Shown here in pieces: positions 24,452 to 37,653 of a stretch of DNA of 64,000 nt. The notes beneath the pieces are model-generated. The model was given only the letters and a program-made list of their open reading frames with translations. It was not told the origin of the DNA and ran no database searches. The translations under genes and the position numbers were made by a program. This DNA is from Takakia lepidozioides. Its lineage: Eukaryota; Plantae; Bryophyta. Each line of letters starts with the position of its first letter. Positions within the stretch are counted from its first letter, which is position 1. The stretch covers positions 3,968,001-4,032,000 of the forward strand of contig CM060733.1 in NCBI GenBank assembly GCA_030704615.1, read 5' to 3'.

Positions 24452-25740
24452 TTAGTTTACATAATATCTTGTAAGTATCAGAAGGAAAAAAGAACAAAAA
24501 AAGAACAAAAATGAAAAAGAAGAAGAAAAGAAGATATACATATATATATATTTGGAAACAATTAAGGGAACAAATCTGTAGTTTCTAGAGAAATATTGGA
24601 AAACTACTCTGAAGATTTCCTTGAATGGCACAAAATATCTCTCATATTTCTAGAATTTTGAAGTATTCAAATATGGTGCATTTGGCTTGTGGGTCTGAGG
24701 TTCAACCCCTTGTACTGCCTTCAGGGTGGGGCTCTGCCCCTGTATGCTTCATGGCTCAGAAAGGGAAATTATTTAAGTGCCCCCGAGTCAAGGCCCAGCC
24801 GCTTTGCCTTAGAAATTGGAATTAAGCTTATTACTTTTTTTCTTGGGGGAAAAGGGGGGCGGTGAGGCTGTTTTATTTATTTATATCATAAATTCTTGAT
24901 ATCTTTCTAAGGAACTCGCATTGAGTAAAAGGTAAATTGTGAATTGTTGGCGGGACCATAATTTGACTCGAGGAGGGGGCGCCCACACCGGGTCTTATTG
25001 ACTAACAACGTTCAACCCGTCCATTTGCTTGCTTTTTGGGATGAGGACGATGCCGAGGAAAATCCCACAAATCATAAGTGGGCCATAATACCGTAGAGTC
25101 CTTCAATGTCCGGCGCATTGCTGCCGAATATTTAATTATTTCAGAGAAAGTAGGTCCGACACCTAAATTTAGATTTTTACAATTTTTGAACAAGTTGATC
25201 ACATACACATTTAAATTACCTCTAGGGAGGTAATTAGGGTATATCCTCTAGAGGATAACCCTAACATGGATTTCCTTATCGCTTCGACATTTCTGAATAT
25301 TTCAGATTAAACTAAATTTGATTTAATAAACCCCGGACATCGGTGGACTCTACGGTACAGGAGATATTGCCAAACACCGTCATTTTACACAACAGAAAGA
25401 TTGTCCTAGGCCTACCAAGTGGGTTGTTTAGGTGACATATGCTTTATGGTCAAGACGGTAAGAAAAGTGGAGGGGGGCTCGTCTCCTAGATTATAGAAAG
25501 AATGACATGGATTGGGTTTGCGGAACAGACTGGATGGTGTTGTTGTTTTGTCATAGAGCCACCTTAAAAGTGGGCAGTACTTGCCCGCAAGGGGAAGTGG
25601 CTCTTCTATGCGGCCCCCTTGGCGTCTCCGGTTGGCATCGTCCCTCTTTCTGCATTTTTTTTTTTTCTCTACCTATGTATTATAATGTCGGCAGGTGGAT
25701 AGGCAGGCATGTGCCACCTCAAATCATATATATTTACAAT

Positions 25741-25852
25741 CCCCGTGGTACCATACCACCTGGGAAGTACCTAGTTGTGCTTCAATCCACTGAGAAGGTG
25801 TCCACCTTCCGGCCGGAAGGCATTAGCCCTTGGGGGCAAGAGACACCATAAT
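25741..25852 (+). mobile_element. Degenerate copy of SINE family B
   Basis: CCCCGTGGTA..CATACCACC..GAAGGTGTCCACCTT..GGAAGGCA..GCCCTTG..ACACCATAA is shared with the reverse complement of 27139-27319. Confidence 0.6.
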
Positions 25853-27138
25853 TTATGTACTTTACTTTATATGTGACACCTGCCGGAGCTAGCGTAAATA
25901 AGAGCCTCTTCCCCACGCGTGTACTGCCCCCACCTCACAACAAATATGGCCTACCAAGATTTGTGGGCGCGCTAATGGGGCCTCCTCCGCGCCTACATTT
26001 GATTTTCTGGGTTACCTTGTGATCCATAAAGAGATATTGTGCCCTCCGTGATGTGATGGCTTGATCATACTCACCTTGCTGGGGGTTTATCCACTGTAGC
26101 AGTCACACGTGGCTAGTTGTTAGTAGAGTCCCACCAATAGAAGCATAATGTGTGGATAGTGCCCACTCAGCAGCCGTATATAAAGTGCCATGTGGATGCG
26201 GTCATGTATATCCATCTTGATTTTGTTTGCTTATTGGTGAATTAGAATTAAAAGTTTTCACTTGGGATATGTAGTAATATTGCACGTTTGAGTAGGCGTG
26301 GGAGCAACTCGGTATGACATGATTGCATTGCGGGTTCATATCAGTGTTGCGTGGAGGTTTGATTGCACCTCAAACCCGGGGCGGATCCCAACCAGGCTCT
26401 TATTTACGCTAACTCTGATTGGCGTCACACACACATATATATGGATCTGCTGGAGGTAGAAAAATGTTATATGTTATATCCACCTCCGTTTCCGAACAGC
26501 AGGATATGAAGAGTAGAGATAACCACTGTTTGAGAACCGGTGCTTTTGTATTTTGTGTTTGTGTGTTTGATTTGATCTGGAATTGGTTGCCCAAACAGGC
26601 AGGTTACGAACCCTTTTATCGGGCTTTTAGAATGGGAGGTTATAATCCGTGAACAACCAATTACTGGGGTCACTCGTAGACCAGGAAGAAGAGTTATCGG
26701 GGTTCTCTCTTCTTTGTTAACACTATCCAAATTCAAAAATTCAATATAATAGAAATACTCATAAATACCAGCCGGAAGCAATCCATCCATTTGTTCATAA
26801 GCATATAGGCTTACAAATAATAGTTGTTGTGAACCGGCAGTATTTTAGAAAGAAAAAGGCTCCAAAACTCTGGGACCAGAGTATGTCAACTCAAAGTTAA
26901 AGCTAAACATCCGTAAATGCAAAAAAATCAAATATCAGCACAATTTACTGGTTCATAGTTCATATGTAGATGTTGGGGAAAAATGGATTGTCCAAGATGT
27001 TTTTTGCATTTATCTCCTGGGGAGTCGGAACAGATCTTGGTAAGAAAATTTCTCCGGCCCCTGTTCTCAAAAAAAAAAAAAAAACCTCCTCCCCAGTTGT
27101 TTCTGCTAGTGTCCACATGAAGTGATTTTTTCCTCTCA

Positions 27139-27319
27139 AAAAAAAAGTATGACGCCTCCCCAAGGGACCGTAACTTATGGTGTTACTTCACCACAAGGGC
27201 GAACTTACTGCCTTCCAGCTGAAAGGTGGACACCTTCATGACACACCAAACCGTGGTTTGAACCCACAACCACATCCAACGTGGTGGTATGTGCCCATTA
27301 CCACGGGGCTACATGCTGG
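27139..27319 (-). mobile_element. tRNA-derived SINE family B with poly(T) tail
   Basis: A-box-like TAGCCCCGTGG, B-box GGTTCAAACC, 3' T-run, and a 10-bp TSD TTTCCTCTCA (27129-27138 and 27320-27329). Confidence 0.8.
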
Positions 27320-29526
27320 TTTCCTCTCACTGTAAGTAAGGGGCACCTTGACTCTACCTAGTCTCTGTCATTCAGGGTATGAAGGTAGTGTGACGCTGAC
27401 TCAGTGTGCAGCTTTGACTGCCATTGACAGTCGCACGTTGTTCAGTTACTCATCAGAGCTGCGACCTCGTTGCTTGCACTTAATGTGCTCAAATGATCAG
27501 GTTTGTGTGAGCCTGATTCCGCCCAACATTCGGGAACACTCTCCATGTCTTGGAAGGGGGGGATGTTTAGATATCTAGCCGTGTGCAGTTGGAAGGAAGG
27601 ATGAACATGGATCCACGGGGATAAGAGAGCCTGCTAGTTCGTGTGGATACAAAGGTGACGATGACCCGTGGCCTTTGTCAGTCACATTTCACGGACCTGA
27701 CAAAAGCCTGTCGAACTTTTTGGACCAGAGCTTTGGTCCAGGCCTATTTCTGGAGAATAGACAAGAGACACCGTGCTTCACAGTTGATGGATGTGAGCTC
27801 TGACTCAGCCTCATAAATGTGCTCCTGGAGAGAATCAATCATCTGTCAGCAGACTCTCAAGTGTGGAAGGGCCCTTACTTTTTGAGTTGAATCATCACCT
27901 TCGGCTAGCGTGCACTCCGTGTCTCAATTCTTTTTTTTCCCTCAATTCTCAACTCGCCCAGTTACTTTCAGCCTCCATCTATAAGAATCAACTCCCTTAG
28001 CGAAGAGAATCAACTTGCGTGCTGAAAGAATGAATGACAATGGTGGAATGTTAGGGTCGGTGACCGTGTTTAGGGCCCCACGTTAGACACCAACTGTCAA
28101 TATCATTTAGCCACTACTTCAGGGATGAGGTGGGTAGGAGGCGTGAATTTAATCTTGGTGTACAGTGTCCACCGCATAAGATTGAAAATTGTTGACTTTA
28201 GCCATTTGTATAATGGTAGGGCCAAATCACTACTGTAGCTTGCCAATCCAGCATGCTGCGCTTGGCCAAAGAGATGTTGAAACTTAAATTCTACTTACGA
28301 CCCTCCTCCAAGAGTTGGGACCATAGAAAACTTCATCCTTGACTTTTGGCAGCTGGAAATTATCACACGAGCAAAGAAGAGATCCACATGGACGCTCAGT
28401 GCCCAAAGAATCCATCGGTCGAAGCAACGACCATTCGCCCACCACCACATTTTGGGCGCTGGTTTGTGGTGTGTACGTGTGTACAAAGAGGAACACGTTG
28501 AATGCCCGGAACAATTTGGTCTGACTGTTTGTCCTATTATTCACTGCAGCCATGGACAATGTTGAGGAATATTTGCAGGATGTGACACCTCACATCGTGA
28601 AAAAGAGAGCTTGGACTAATGACCCCCACAACACTATTTCGATTCTCAGCAACGCTCCAGAGAATCTGCCTTTCACGAGACACACCTTTTAAATTCCTGG
28701 TTGCTGCAAGTTGATGGCCTCTCCCAATGAGCCAGTGACTTCTGTTCGGAGAGAGGTACTTAATAATAAGTCCCAGAGCAGCACTGCGACAGACAGCAAG
28801 GAGCTGCAGTGATGATGAGAGCATGTCAACACAACAATGGGCAGGGCCATACATTCAGACTTTCAGTGTGCGGGCAGCGGCAGGCTCGCAGATCCATGAG
28901 ACTCTGTGTGGCTGCTGCGCTCGCGTACTCGTGGGCTCTACACACTACACACCTGCCATCGGATCGAGAGAGACGACCTCTTTAACATCCATCCCACTTG
29001 CATCCACATTCATCTCTATCGGGCAGTTTTCATTCATTCATCGGTTCCAAACCTGCCATTCTGGCCGGCCCAGGAAACAGAGAACGTGGCAGTGGATGGT
29101 TGGATGATCTGGCGGGAGAAACCGTGTGGAGAAAACGAAGGGGTGGGATTGGTGGAGAAATAGGGTTGCGCGCCTTGCCAGCATCGTCTTCTTTCGAGCT
29201 CTCGGCGCTTGGGTTTTTTGTGCTTGTGAGGGGCTCAAGAAACCGGCCGTAGATCGCAGCGGCTGCTCGCGATCTGTTATCTATTTGGTTTGTATCCCCT
29301 GATTGAACTTCTCAGTGTTTCTGTGTTTTCAGTAGTCTCTGTCTGTGCTAAGATTAAGCCGTTGAAGTTTTCAGGGTACCAGAGCCCCAGGGTTTCCGTC
29401 CTTCGTGTGCTAAGCTTTCGTGCGGTGTACGTCTTCGTTTCTTGTGGTGTTCTTTCCTTGGCCTGATCGCTGAAGGGTTTCGTCTCTCATCGTTTCAGTT
29501 CTGTCGGGTAATCCGAGCGCAAGGCG

Positions 29527-31461
29527 ATGTCGACCGCTGATGAAGAGTACCGGTGCTTTGTGGGAGGTCTGTCATGGGGAACTTCAGACCGGGATCTGGA
29601 AGACGCTTTCCGATCCTTCGGCAGTGTTTTGGAAGCCAAGGTATGCTTTCCGTTTGCTTTTATGGAAACATGTAGTAAAACGTTTCGAACAATCCTGTGG
29701 GGCGTCTCTTGTTGAGGATATTGGCTTAAATCCATATCTGTAGTCCGGTTTTGGTTTTTGGGTTTCTGTCAGCCTTCAGATTCTCTCTGAAGTACTAGCA
29801 GTCAGGCTTCTAAAGTTTGGCGCTCGGTTGCTGATATGGGTGTTTTACCTCTTACGTGCTATCGCTTTTTGTACACGCGTCTAGCTGATAAAGCGGTTAT
29901 GTTCGTCTCCAGGAGCTTCGTATATACGTAGCAAAATGTTACGAATAATCCTGCGTGGCCCCTCTTGTTGAGGATATGAACTTCTGTCGATAACTGTATG
30001 CCGCCCTTGGTATCTGGTTAACTCTCACAGGCTGTCGCTATATGTCCACGTCTAATCAGAAAGCGGTTATATTCGTCTCGAAGAGCTTTTGTATGTATGG
30101 AGCATGTAGCAAAATGTTTCGGCCCCTCTTGTTGATGTTATTGACTTCTATCCTTACCTGTATTCGGCCTTTGGTATTTGGTTTTCCGTCAGTCTTCAGA
30201 TTAGCTCTTCGGTACTAAAGTCATTCAGGCTTTTTCGGTTTAAAGCTCGGTTTCTTTTGCTAGTGCTTCACTCGTACACGCTATCCCATTTCGTACACGT
30301 CTAGCTCATAAAGCGTTTATGTTGGTCTCAAGAAGCTTTGCATGTATAGTATGCATCTGTGACCGGATGAGTTTTCCCTGCTGCCCATGGTTAGGTTATC
30401 TCTTTTGAGTTTTAGGATGTGACCGACTTGCTGAGTGTTCGTTGTTTTTGGCACGGTTTAGGAAAACAGGCTGCAAATGTGGTAGTGGCTGCAAGTTCCA
30501 TTGTTGCCTGCGCATTTTGTCTCATCACCTGTGATTAAACTTAGCAGTTATGCCACTTATCAAGACCCATATGTCAATGTCCGTGTTGAAACTCCAAACA
30601 ATTAAAGCAACCAGTTTTGAGTGGGCTCTGGACCCTCACCAGGCCAAGCTCTCGACTCACAAGTTTTGCTACGTTGTACAATTCGTTTTGTGGTCGTTTT
30701 TTCCTGCTCACGCCCTAACTTCATGTGATACTGGTAACAGGTGGTGGTTGATAGAGACACAGGCCGCTCACGAGGCTTTGGTTTCGTTACGTTTGGAGAT
30801 GAGCGTTCCATGGATGATGCTATAGATCGCATGCATGGCAAAGATTTAGATGGTCGTCCCATCACCGTGAACAAAGCACAGCCAAAGACTGGAGGTGGGG
30901 GTGGTGGGGACCGATATGGTGGTGGTGGTGGTGGTGGAAGCTACAATGGTGGTGGGAAGGGCTACGGTGGGGGTGGAGGAGGCGGGGGAGGGGGTGGTGG
31001 TGACTGCTTCAAATGTGGCCAACCTGGTCATTGGGCAAGGGAATGCCCTTCTGGTGGTGGGGAGGGGGTGGACGCTACTCCTCTGGCGGCGGCGGTGGCG
31101 GCGGCAGTGATCGTTATGGTAGCAGCCGCGGCGGTGATCGGTATGGAGGAGGAGGGAGCAGTGACCGTTATGGGTCGAGCGGCGGGGTGGTCGCTACAGC
31201 GGCAGTGACCGCAGTGATAAATACGGAGGTTCAGACCGATATAATGGTGGTGGTGACCGCTATGGGAGTGGAGGAGGACGTTCCAGCTCTCACCGGGAGA
31301 GTGGAGGACGCGGGAGCAGTGATCGCTACAGCAGCGGTGGCCCATCTCGGTATGAGAGTAGCAGCGGGCGTGACCGTTCAGGTCCCTATGATCGTCCTGC
31401 AGGTGGTGGCAGTGGTGGAAACGGCACGGCAGCTCGATCTACATACGATGATCGCTACTGA
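29527..31461 (+). CDS. RZ-1: Glycine-rich RNA-binding protein with RRM and CCHC zinc knuckle (RZ-1 type); exons 29527-29640 and 30741-31461
   Basis: RNP2 CFVGGL, RNP1 [22 protein letters not shown] and a DRY/G-rich tail ending YDDRY*. GT-AG intron. Two single-base gaps in G-runs (~31060, ~31185) are needed to join the frames. Confidence 0.92.
29660..30350. repeat. Diverged tandem triplication within the RZ-1 intron
   Basis: GTAGYAAAAYGTT..CTCTTGTTGA..AAAGCGKTTAT..GTCTC..GAGCTT occurs three times (~29660, ~29927, ~30098); the middle copy is internally deleted. Confidence 0.8.
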
Positions 31462-34400
31462 GTAACCAAATGTTTGTTTGGCTGTTGTGGTTGTCACCGC
31501 CGTTGCTGTCCTTACATATCTGACTTTGGCCTCCATGGTCAAGTGGAGTCTCAGATTCAAAATTTCCTTTGAAAGGCACTGTCTATCTGCTGTGGAGGGA
31601 CTGTCACTGCCTATTGGGCTAGCTATCATTCCACTTGAATCTTTGAGGTGTGAGTCAAAGAGTCACTGCTACATAGGTGAGATCAGCTCACTTTCTAATG
31701 ACTGGCTGGGCTAGATGGTGCTGAATGCTCACCAACATTTGGAGTTTTTGATACTCGATGACTTTTCATGGGGTGCTGTCCAACTTCAACCTTCAACATA
31801 CCTAAGTTTTGATAAGTATGAGGTTTGACTCACGTCAGGTGTAAGCTGTCCTGTGCTGGGTTCATTTTGGTCTGTAATATCTCTACGAGAACTTATCCGG
31901 CGTGCTGGAAACTGTGGCTCTGGAGAGGCTGGTAGCAGCAGATGTTTGACTTAAATACTTCCTGGCTCCGTGTCCTTGAAACTGGCTGGTTGAAGGTTAA
32001 GCTCTTCATTCTGAGAAGTAAAGTGAAGTTTGTGATTCAGTTTGGGAGAGCGGCGCAGTTTGATTAACTCTGTTTGACAAATCATACAAGGCTACAAGTG
32101 TTGTTCAAGGAACTGGGTTTAATGTTTACAGGCCTGCAATTTGCTCGGAAACCTCTTCAAAGTCTGATGGTGAATTTGGGCTGGCATCCGCCTGTTTATT
32201 GCAAGTGAAAGTGAAAAGCCCCTGTTGTGCATGGAAGAAGGTTTGCACATAAAATGAGAGGAGAGAAAGTGTAACCCAAGCGTTTGCTGAGGAGCTGTGA
32301 TCACTAGGTTCTTTTGAATCCAGCTGTGTTCTGGGGGCTGCCTCTTCTTTTGAGAATGAAGCACTGGACAGTCTGTGAAACATGTTCAGTCTGTCAGAAG
32401 TTTGGTGCCAGGCTCAGGCGCGTCCGTTTCATCCATCTGCTGCTTCTTCTGTGTTCCTCTGAGTGCTGGTATGTTGTAATGTGGACTTGTTGGGGCCAGA
32501 TTGTTTCATTGATCCGCCAGTTCCGTTTTTCTTTAACGTGAGCCTTTCGACCAAAAAGAAGATGCTGGTCTCATGGCATCAGCCATCTGTTGTGGCTCTC
32601 GGTAATCCAGATTGGTTTCTGGTCAGCAATGGTTGAGGTACTTCCTGCAACTTTGAAAGCTGAGGCTGGGCAAACGACAAGAGCATGTAGATCCACTGCA
32701 GTGGGGTGAGGTCAGTGTACCAAGTTGGGAACCTTATGTGTACCTTGTTCTTTGAATGATGGAGCCAACCTGCAACAGTATGACTGAATGTGGGCGCAGT
32801 GTGCATTCCACCAGCATCTGTCTGAAAAGCATGATCACCAGCTGTGTATGGGTATGGGAGAGGGCATCGGTGAAAGTTTCTGAGACTCTTTACTCCCTTT
32901 TTGGATCCGATCTCATTCTTCGACTGAGTCACTTGGCCAAAGAGGACTCTGGTGTCTGGGGCTGGCATGTCTTTCAAGGTTTGAACATATCCATCACTGG
33001 AACTAACTGAAGTTTAGCAAGTGTAAGCAAGCATTACCTACTTTCAGTGAGTGAGCACTCCGTTAAGTTGGATTCTACACATCTGGAAGCAAATGTGCGT
33101 CTGACAAAACTGACTACTCAGTCATACACAGAACGCGGCCAAGTGATTCCAAGTGTGGCTGTCAGTCTGCCATGTCCACTTTGGGCAGGGCTTGATGATG
33201 ATTTGACTGTTTACTGCAACTTAATGGAAACTCTGTTCTCCAAAAGGAATTTCGTAGTTATGGTGGTGGACACAGTGCTGATACAACGGTGAAACTGTTT
33301 CCCTGTGAAGTTTTTCACGCCGAGCGTAGGGTTTGAGATCCTCACAGCCCTGCACATTCAGGAGCCACCAGTTGACCCAATCGTGGTAAGCCATGTGGCA
33401 CCTGCAGTTGACTCATTTCGAAGGATTTGTGAGCCTTAGTTGAAGTTATGGGTTTGACTAACCTTGGGGCTGGAGTAGTTCTCATCCACCTGATGGTACC
33501 CATGTGTGGAGGCTGATCGTTCATGAAGGCCTTCATTCTGGGTGGGATCCTTTGATGGAGAAGTGTCTGTCAGAGTTGAGTACTAGGCTTGGTCCCTGTA
33601 CCAGTAGGAGCTCAGCTTCATGTTAAATATGGAGACGATTGTCGAAGCCACAACTAAGACTGTCAACGTTGGAACTTGACAATAACGTTTTTGGTCTAGC
33701 GCTTGACAAGCCTCGACAGACTGCCCTAAAACTTCCAGAAGCCGGGAAGTTTGAGGTGAGCAGGGCGCATGCAATAGGTATCAGCCCAAGGTAAGTGCCC
33801 TTATTGCCTGCATTTTCTCATTATTGTTTGTTATGAATCTTACTGCCTGGCCCTTGAGTTTTCAAGGGGAAGTCTTGGTGTTGAGTTGATGTTGCAGTGG
33901 ATGCTGGTTGTGTGCTGATTCTGTTACATAGATATCTCATGCTTTACTTCGCCAGCTATTTTGAAACGGGGTGAGGTAAGGTATGAGGTCCTGTGGTGGT
34001 GGGGTTTCTTATGCAAGTTTTGACTGAGGTTTATGATTGGTAACGGTGTGATGCAATTGGGATAGGTGAATGAAACGAAGTGCAGTGGTGGTAATAATGA
34101 GTGGTATGCTATTTATTCTCTCCTGGATCAGAGTATGTGTGGCAAGTTAGATGTTAGATAAATGGTGAACATGTTGGTCACAGTGCATTGTAGAATTCCA
34201 TCTTGTCCTTCTTATATATGTTGCAGATTGGTATTAAGAGTGTTTAATTGCTAGAGACTAACAGTAACACGCCTCATCACTCATTAGTTATACTCATATT
34301 CAATCTATGTAGCTTGCCGAGTCACTTAGGAGACTGCTCTTAAAGTCAGGTTAGAGTCGAATGTTTTAGCTTATTGGATGACTTTATGGTAGATGCCGTA

Positions 34401-35181
34401 GTTGTGAAGGTGTAGGATATAGGTAATTGTTATACGCATTGGGGAGCTGGTTGGTTGATTTCAGTTGATCGATCTCTTGGGACGCGGAAGTCTGTCAACT
34501 GTAGAAAGTTAATTGGTCATTATTGTAACTCTTTTGAGGTGAAGGTGTTTTCTAAACAGTAGCTACTTGTGAGTGTAAAGAGGTACAGTGGATCAACATT
34601 TGTGCCAAGTTCTTAAGATAGATCATGGCATAGATGATTTTTATTCTCATCAGACGAGTGGAAAACAACCGTTGCTGCAGAGTGAGGACAGTGTTTCAAT
34701 GTGTCAGAGGCCGAAGTTTTAGTCAGCCATTTATCTTCTGTGAAACTAGCTAATCTTGTGGAGGTGTTAGGTAGCTAGTAGGTAGGTCCACTAATATAGG
34801 GAAGGTGAGAATAAGTGATAGCCACGAACACAATGGAAATCTTAGTCTACTATGTCCCTACTATTTCTATTCTTTATCTGCTATAGATTGTGAAAACTGG
34901 AAAAGAAGAAAAGTTTGTCATATTCCATTTCTTTTTCTGCATGCAATAATGAAATGTAGAGGTATGTGAGATGAATGTACATGGTTCGAGTTAGTGTAGC
35001 TGGGTAATTGAGGAGGGTCTGTTCGTACACGCAAGTAAGAACAATGCAGTTAGATTAGTAGCTGCGAATAGCTTGGCTGAATAGCTTGGCTGTAGATGAT
35101 TTGATAATTTCCCAAGCATTAATACTTGAGCATAGACAAGTGACATGGGAATGATAAACGATCTCGCTATTTGCCTACACA

Positions 35182-35409
35182 TTTTTTTTTGTTTTAAAAA
35201 AAATGAAAGGCAAACACCTGGTAGCGATAGCTCACAAATCAGGCCCCTTAGTTATAGTGAGAGGAAAAAGTAACCTCTCTGAGTGACCTGGCCGTGAAGG
35301 CTTACGCATGGCACACCGCCCACAACATACCACAGGTATCAAGGTAGCAAGATTTGACCCCAGAACCATCTGGGTGGCACTAAGTGCACTTTCCAAGTGA
35401 GCTACCAAC
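35182..35409 (-). mobile_element. tRNA-derived SINE family A
   Basis: GTAGCTCACTTGGAAAGTGCAC..GGGGTCAAATC head; 3' end GATTTGTGAGCT.TCGCT.CCAGGTGTTT as in the 23845 copy; A-rich tail. Confidence 0.8.
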
Positions 35410-35422
35410 TATTGGTTTATCT

Positions 35423-35610
35423 TTCTTTCTTTTTTCATTTTTTCATTTTTTTGTTTAAAGGAAAACACCAGTTCACAAATCAGGCCCCTTGATAGTGAGA
35501 GGAGAAAATAACCTCTTTCACAATAACCTCCCATGATGTCTAGAAATGGGGCACCACCCAGTAACCATACCACAACCATACCACACCCATTAGTAGTAAG
35601 ATTTTTCTGC
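35423..35610 (-). mobile_element. 5'-truncated SINE family A copy
   Basis: Shares GGAAAACACC, TCACAAATCAGGCCCCTT and AGTGAGAGGA.AAA.TAACCTCT with the adjacent copy. Confidence 0.7.
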
Positions 35611-35651
35611 CTCGAAATTTTGGCAGGTCCCTGCAACAGGTAGGTATGCAC

Positions 35652-36418
35652 CAGTGTTGGACTGCTATATAGGGTATTGCGTAACCGACCCGGCTGGTAT
35701 TGGCAATTCCAATAATATGGTCGATAACCGGACGGGCTGGTATTGCCAAGGCATTACCCAGGTGAATACCCGTATTATGGGCAAAAACAAGGATTATACC
35801 ATGGTATGAATAGGAAATTGGTTGGGTGCACAATATGCCAGGGGTCAGTCAGAAGGGCGTCCAGCGCCAAGGGCCCGCCACTTTGCTTCATTTCTTATCA
35901 CATCTAGGGTGGGTCTGCCCCTATTGTTTATTTTTCTTGAGCATATGCAGGGTGTCTTATGAGGACCTCATTGCAGATGCTGGTTTATTTGACAATGACG
36001 GTTGCAATCAGGCTGCAAACAGTCTTCTTTTAACTAAGCTTGCTTCAATTTGGATATTAAAATCTGCATCGCTGTTATTATGTAATGCAAAGACTAAATT
36101 TTACAACATTATAAATAATTTCTTTGTGAAATCAACTGAAATATTTTGAATTAAATACATATTAATGATTTAATGGTTATTTTAATTTTTAATTTTTATT
36201 ATTTATACCCGGGTTGATGACTGGGTGGTATTAGATTGGAATACTCATCCTACTCATACCCGTCCGCAAATCGAAAATTATACTACTATTGAGAACCGGC
36301 GGGTAATAAAATCAAGGGAATCTTTCAATACTATGGAACCGGCTGGTATTGCAAATTAATTTCTTTTCAATACCCGGACCCGGCTGGTATTAGAAAACGT
36401 ATTACCCGCCCAACACTG
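35652..36418. mobile_element. Non-autonomous hAT-type element
   Basis: TIR CAGTGTTGG / CCAACACTG; 8-bp flanks GTATGCAC / GTTCGCAC (6/8); subterminal CCGGCTGGTATT repeats. Confidence 0.8.
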
Positions 36419-37653
36419 GTTCGCACCTAATGTGGTCAAAATTCTAATATTTTACTTTTCAAGAATTTATAGCGATTTTTCTGCGCAGGGGTCGTGTTTT
36501 CAAAATTGCCCATTGGACGTTTAAGAGTTAAACAACTTCACCGCACCTTATATGAGCCATCCTCCTGCACCCACCTGCTAATTTCCAGGGCAATCAGCAC
36601 CACATCCAGAAAGCACCAGATCATTTTTTGGTAATATTTGAGTGACCGCTTCAACTTGGATTGAGGCGAGATTGGTATAGCATCATATCTTTGGGATGCC
36701 TCATTCAACAAGCCAAAATAATCCAATTTAGCCAATACATGTGATGTTGCCACTTGGTCAATCCCGGGCAAATCCTCTCACAATGACCCTCACACCCTAT
36801 ACAAGTGTGACAAAACTTAACATGAAATAGAGAGAATTATCTTCATCAAAACTTTGCAACTTGATCAGATCGAATCAAATCCTGGTATGGCAAGTTCCCA
36901 GGAACACTCTAGTTTTTCTTCACACAATTCCATCGAGAAACAAAAGTTATTTAAAAATCTCGAAACCCAAAAGCCCAAAATAGGCTTGTTGGGCGTTTAG
37001 GGGTTAACCTTCAAACTTTTAAGGGCCCGCTTACCTGTACTAAGAGCAATCTTCACCGCCAGTGATCATCTACTACTCTTGTAACATTAGTGTTACTTTC
37101 CACTTAAGTGACATTGTAGGCAAAATCCATGATCAATCATTACCACAACAATTACTTGTTGACATCTTTTGAGGAAATCTACAATTCATAACCGCAAAAA
37201 CGTTGCAGTATGTCAAGTACCTTCAAATTCTTAACATGTGCCTTCAGTTTCACCTCAAAAGTTGTACACAAATCCATTGTGGGCTTCTGAGATGCAAACT
37301 CCCATATCTGAGATGATTGGGCTCGCACATATGGATGCAAATACATATGTCAAGACAGGCCTGTAGGATGTGTAGATTTCAAAAACAAATACTCGTAAGA
37401 AAACAAATATGCTCTCTAATTATGTGCGGTCCCACGAATGCTCATTTGCTTACACTCACTCATGATTTATGACAACAAAGTTTTCTGTACCTTCGATAGC
37501 AAAATTTCAAATGCAAGGATCGAAGCTCAAAAATCAAGCTAACCCAATCCTTCTTGCAACTCTGAAAACCCCATACCAAGGCCATACATAGTCAAACAAT
37601 GGAAGAAGTGCACCAAATTGGAACACCAAACCTGGGCTACAGCTCTAAGAGGC

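Noticed and set aside
29700-29800. Intronic C/D snoRNA in RZ-1
   Set aside because: TGAGGA/CTGA boxes are present in one repeat copy only, with no recognisable rRNA guide.
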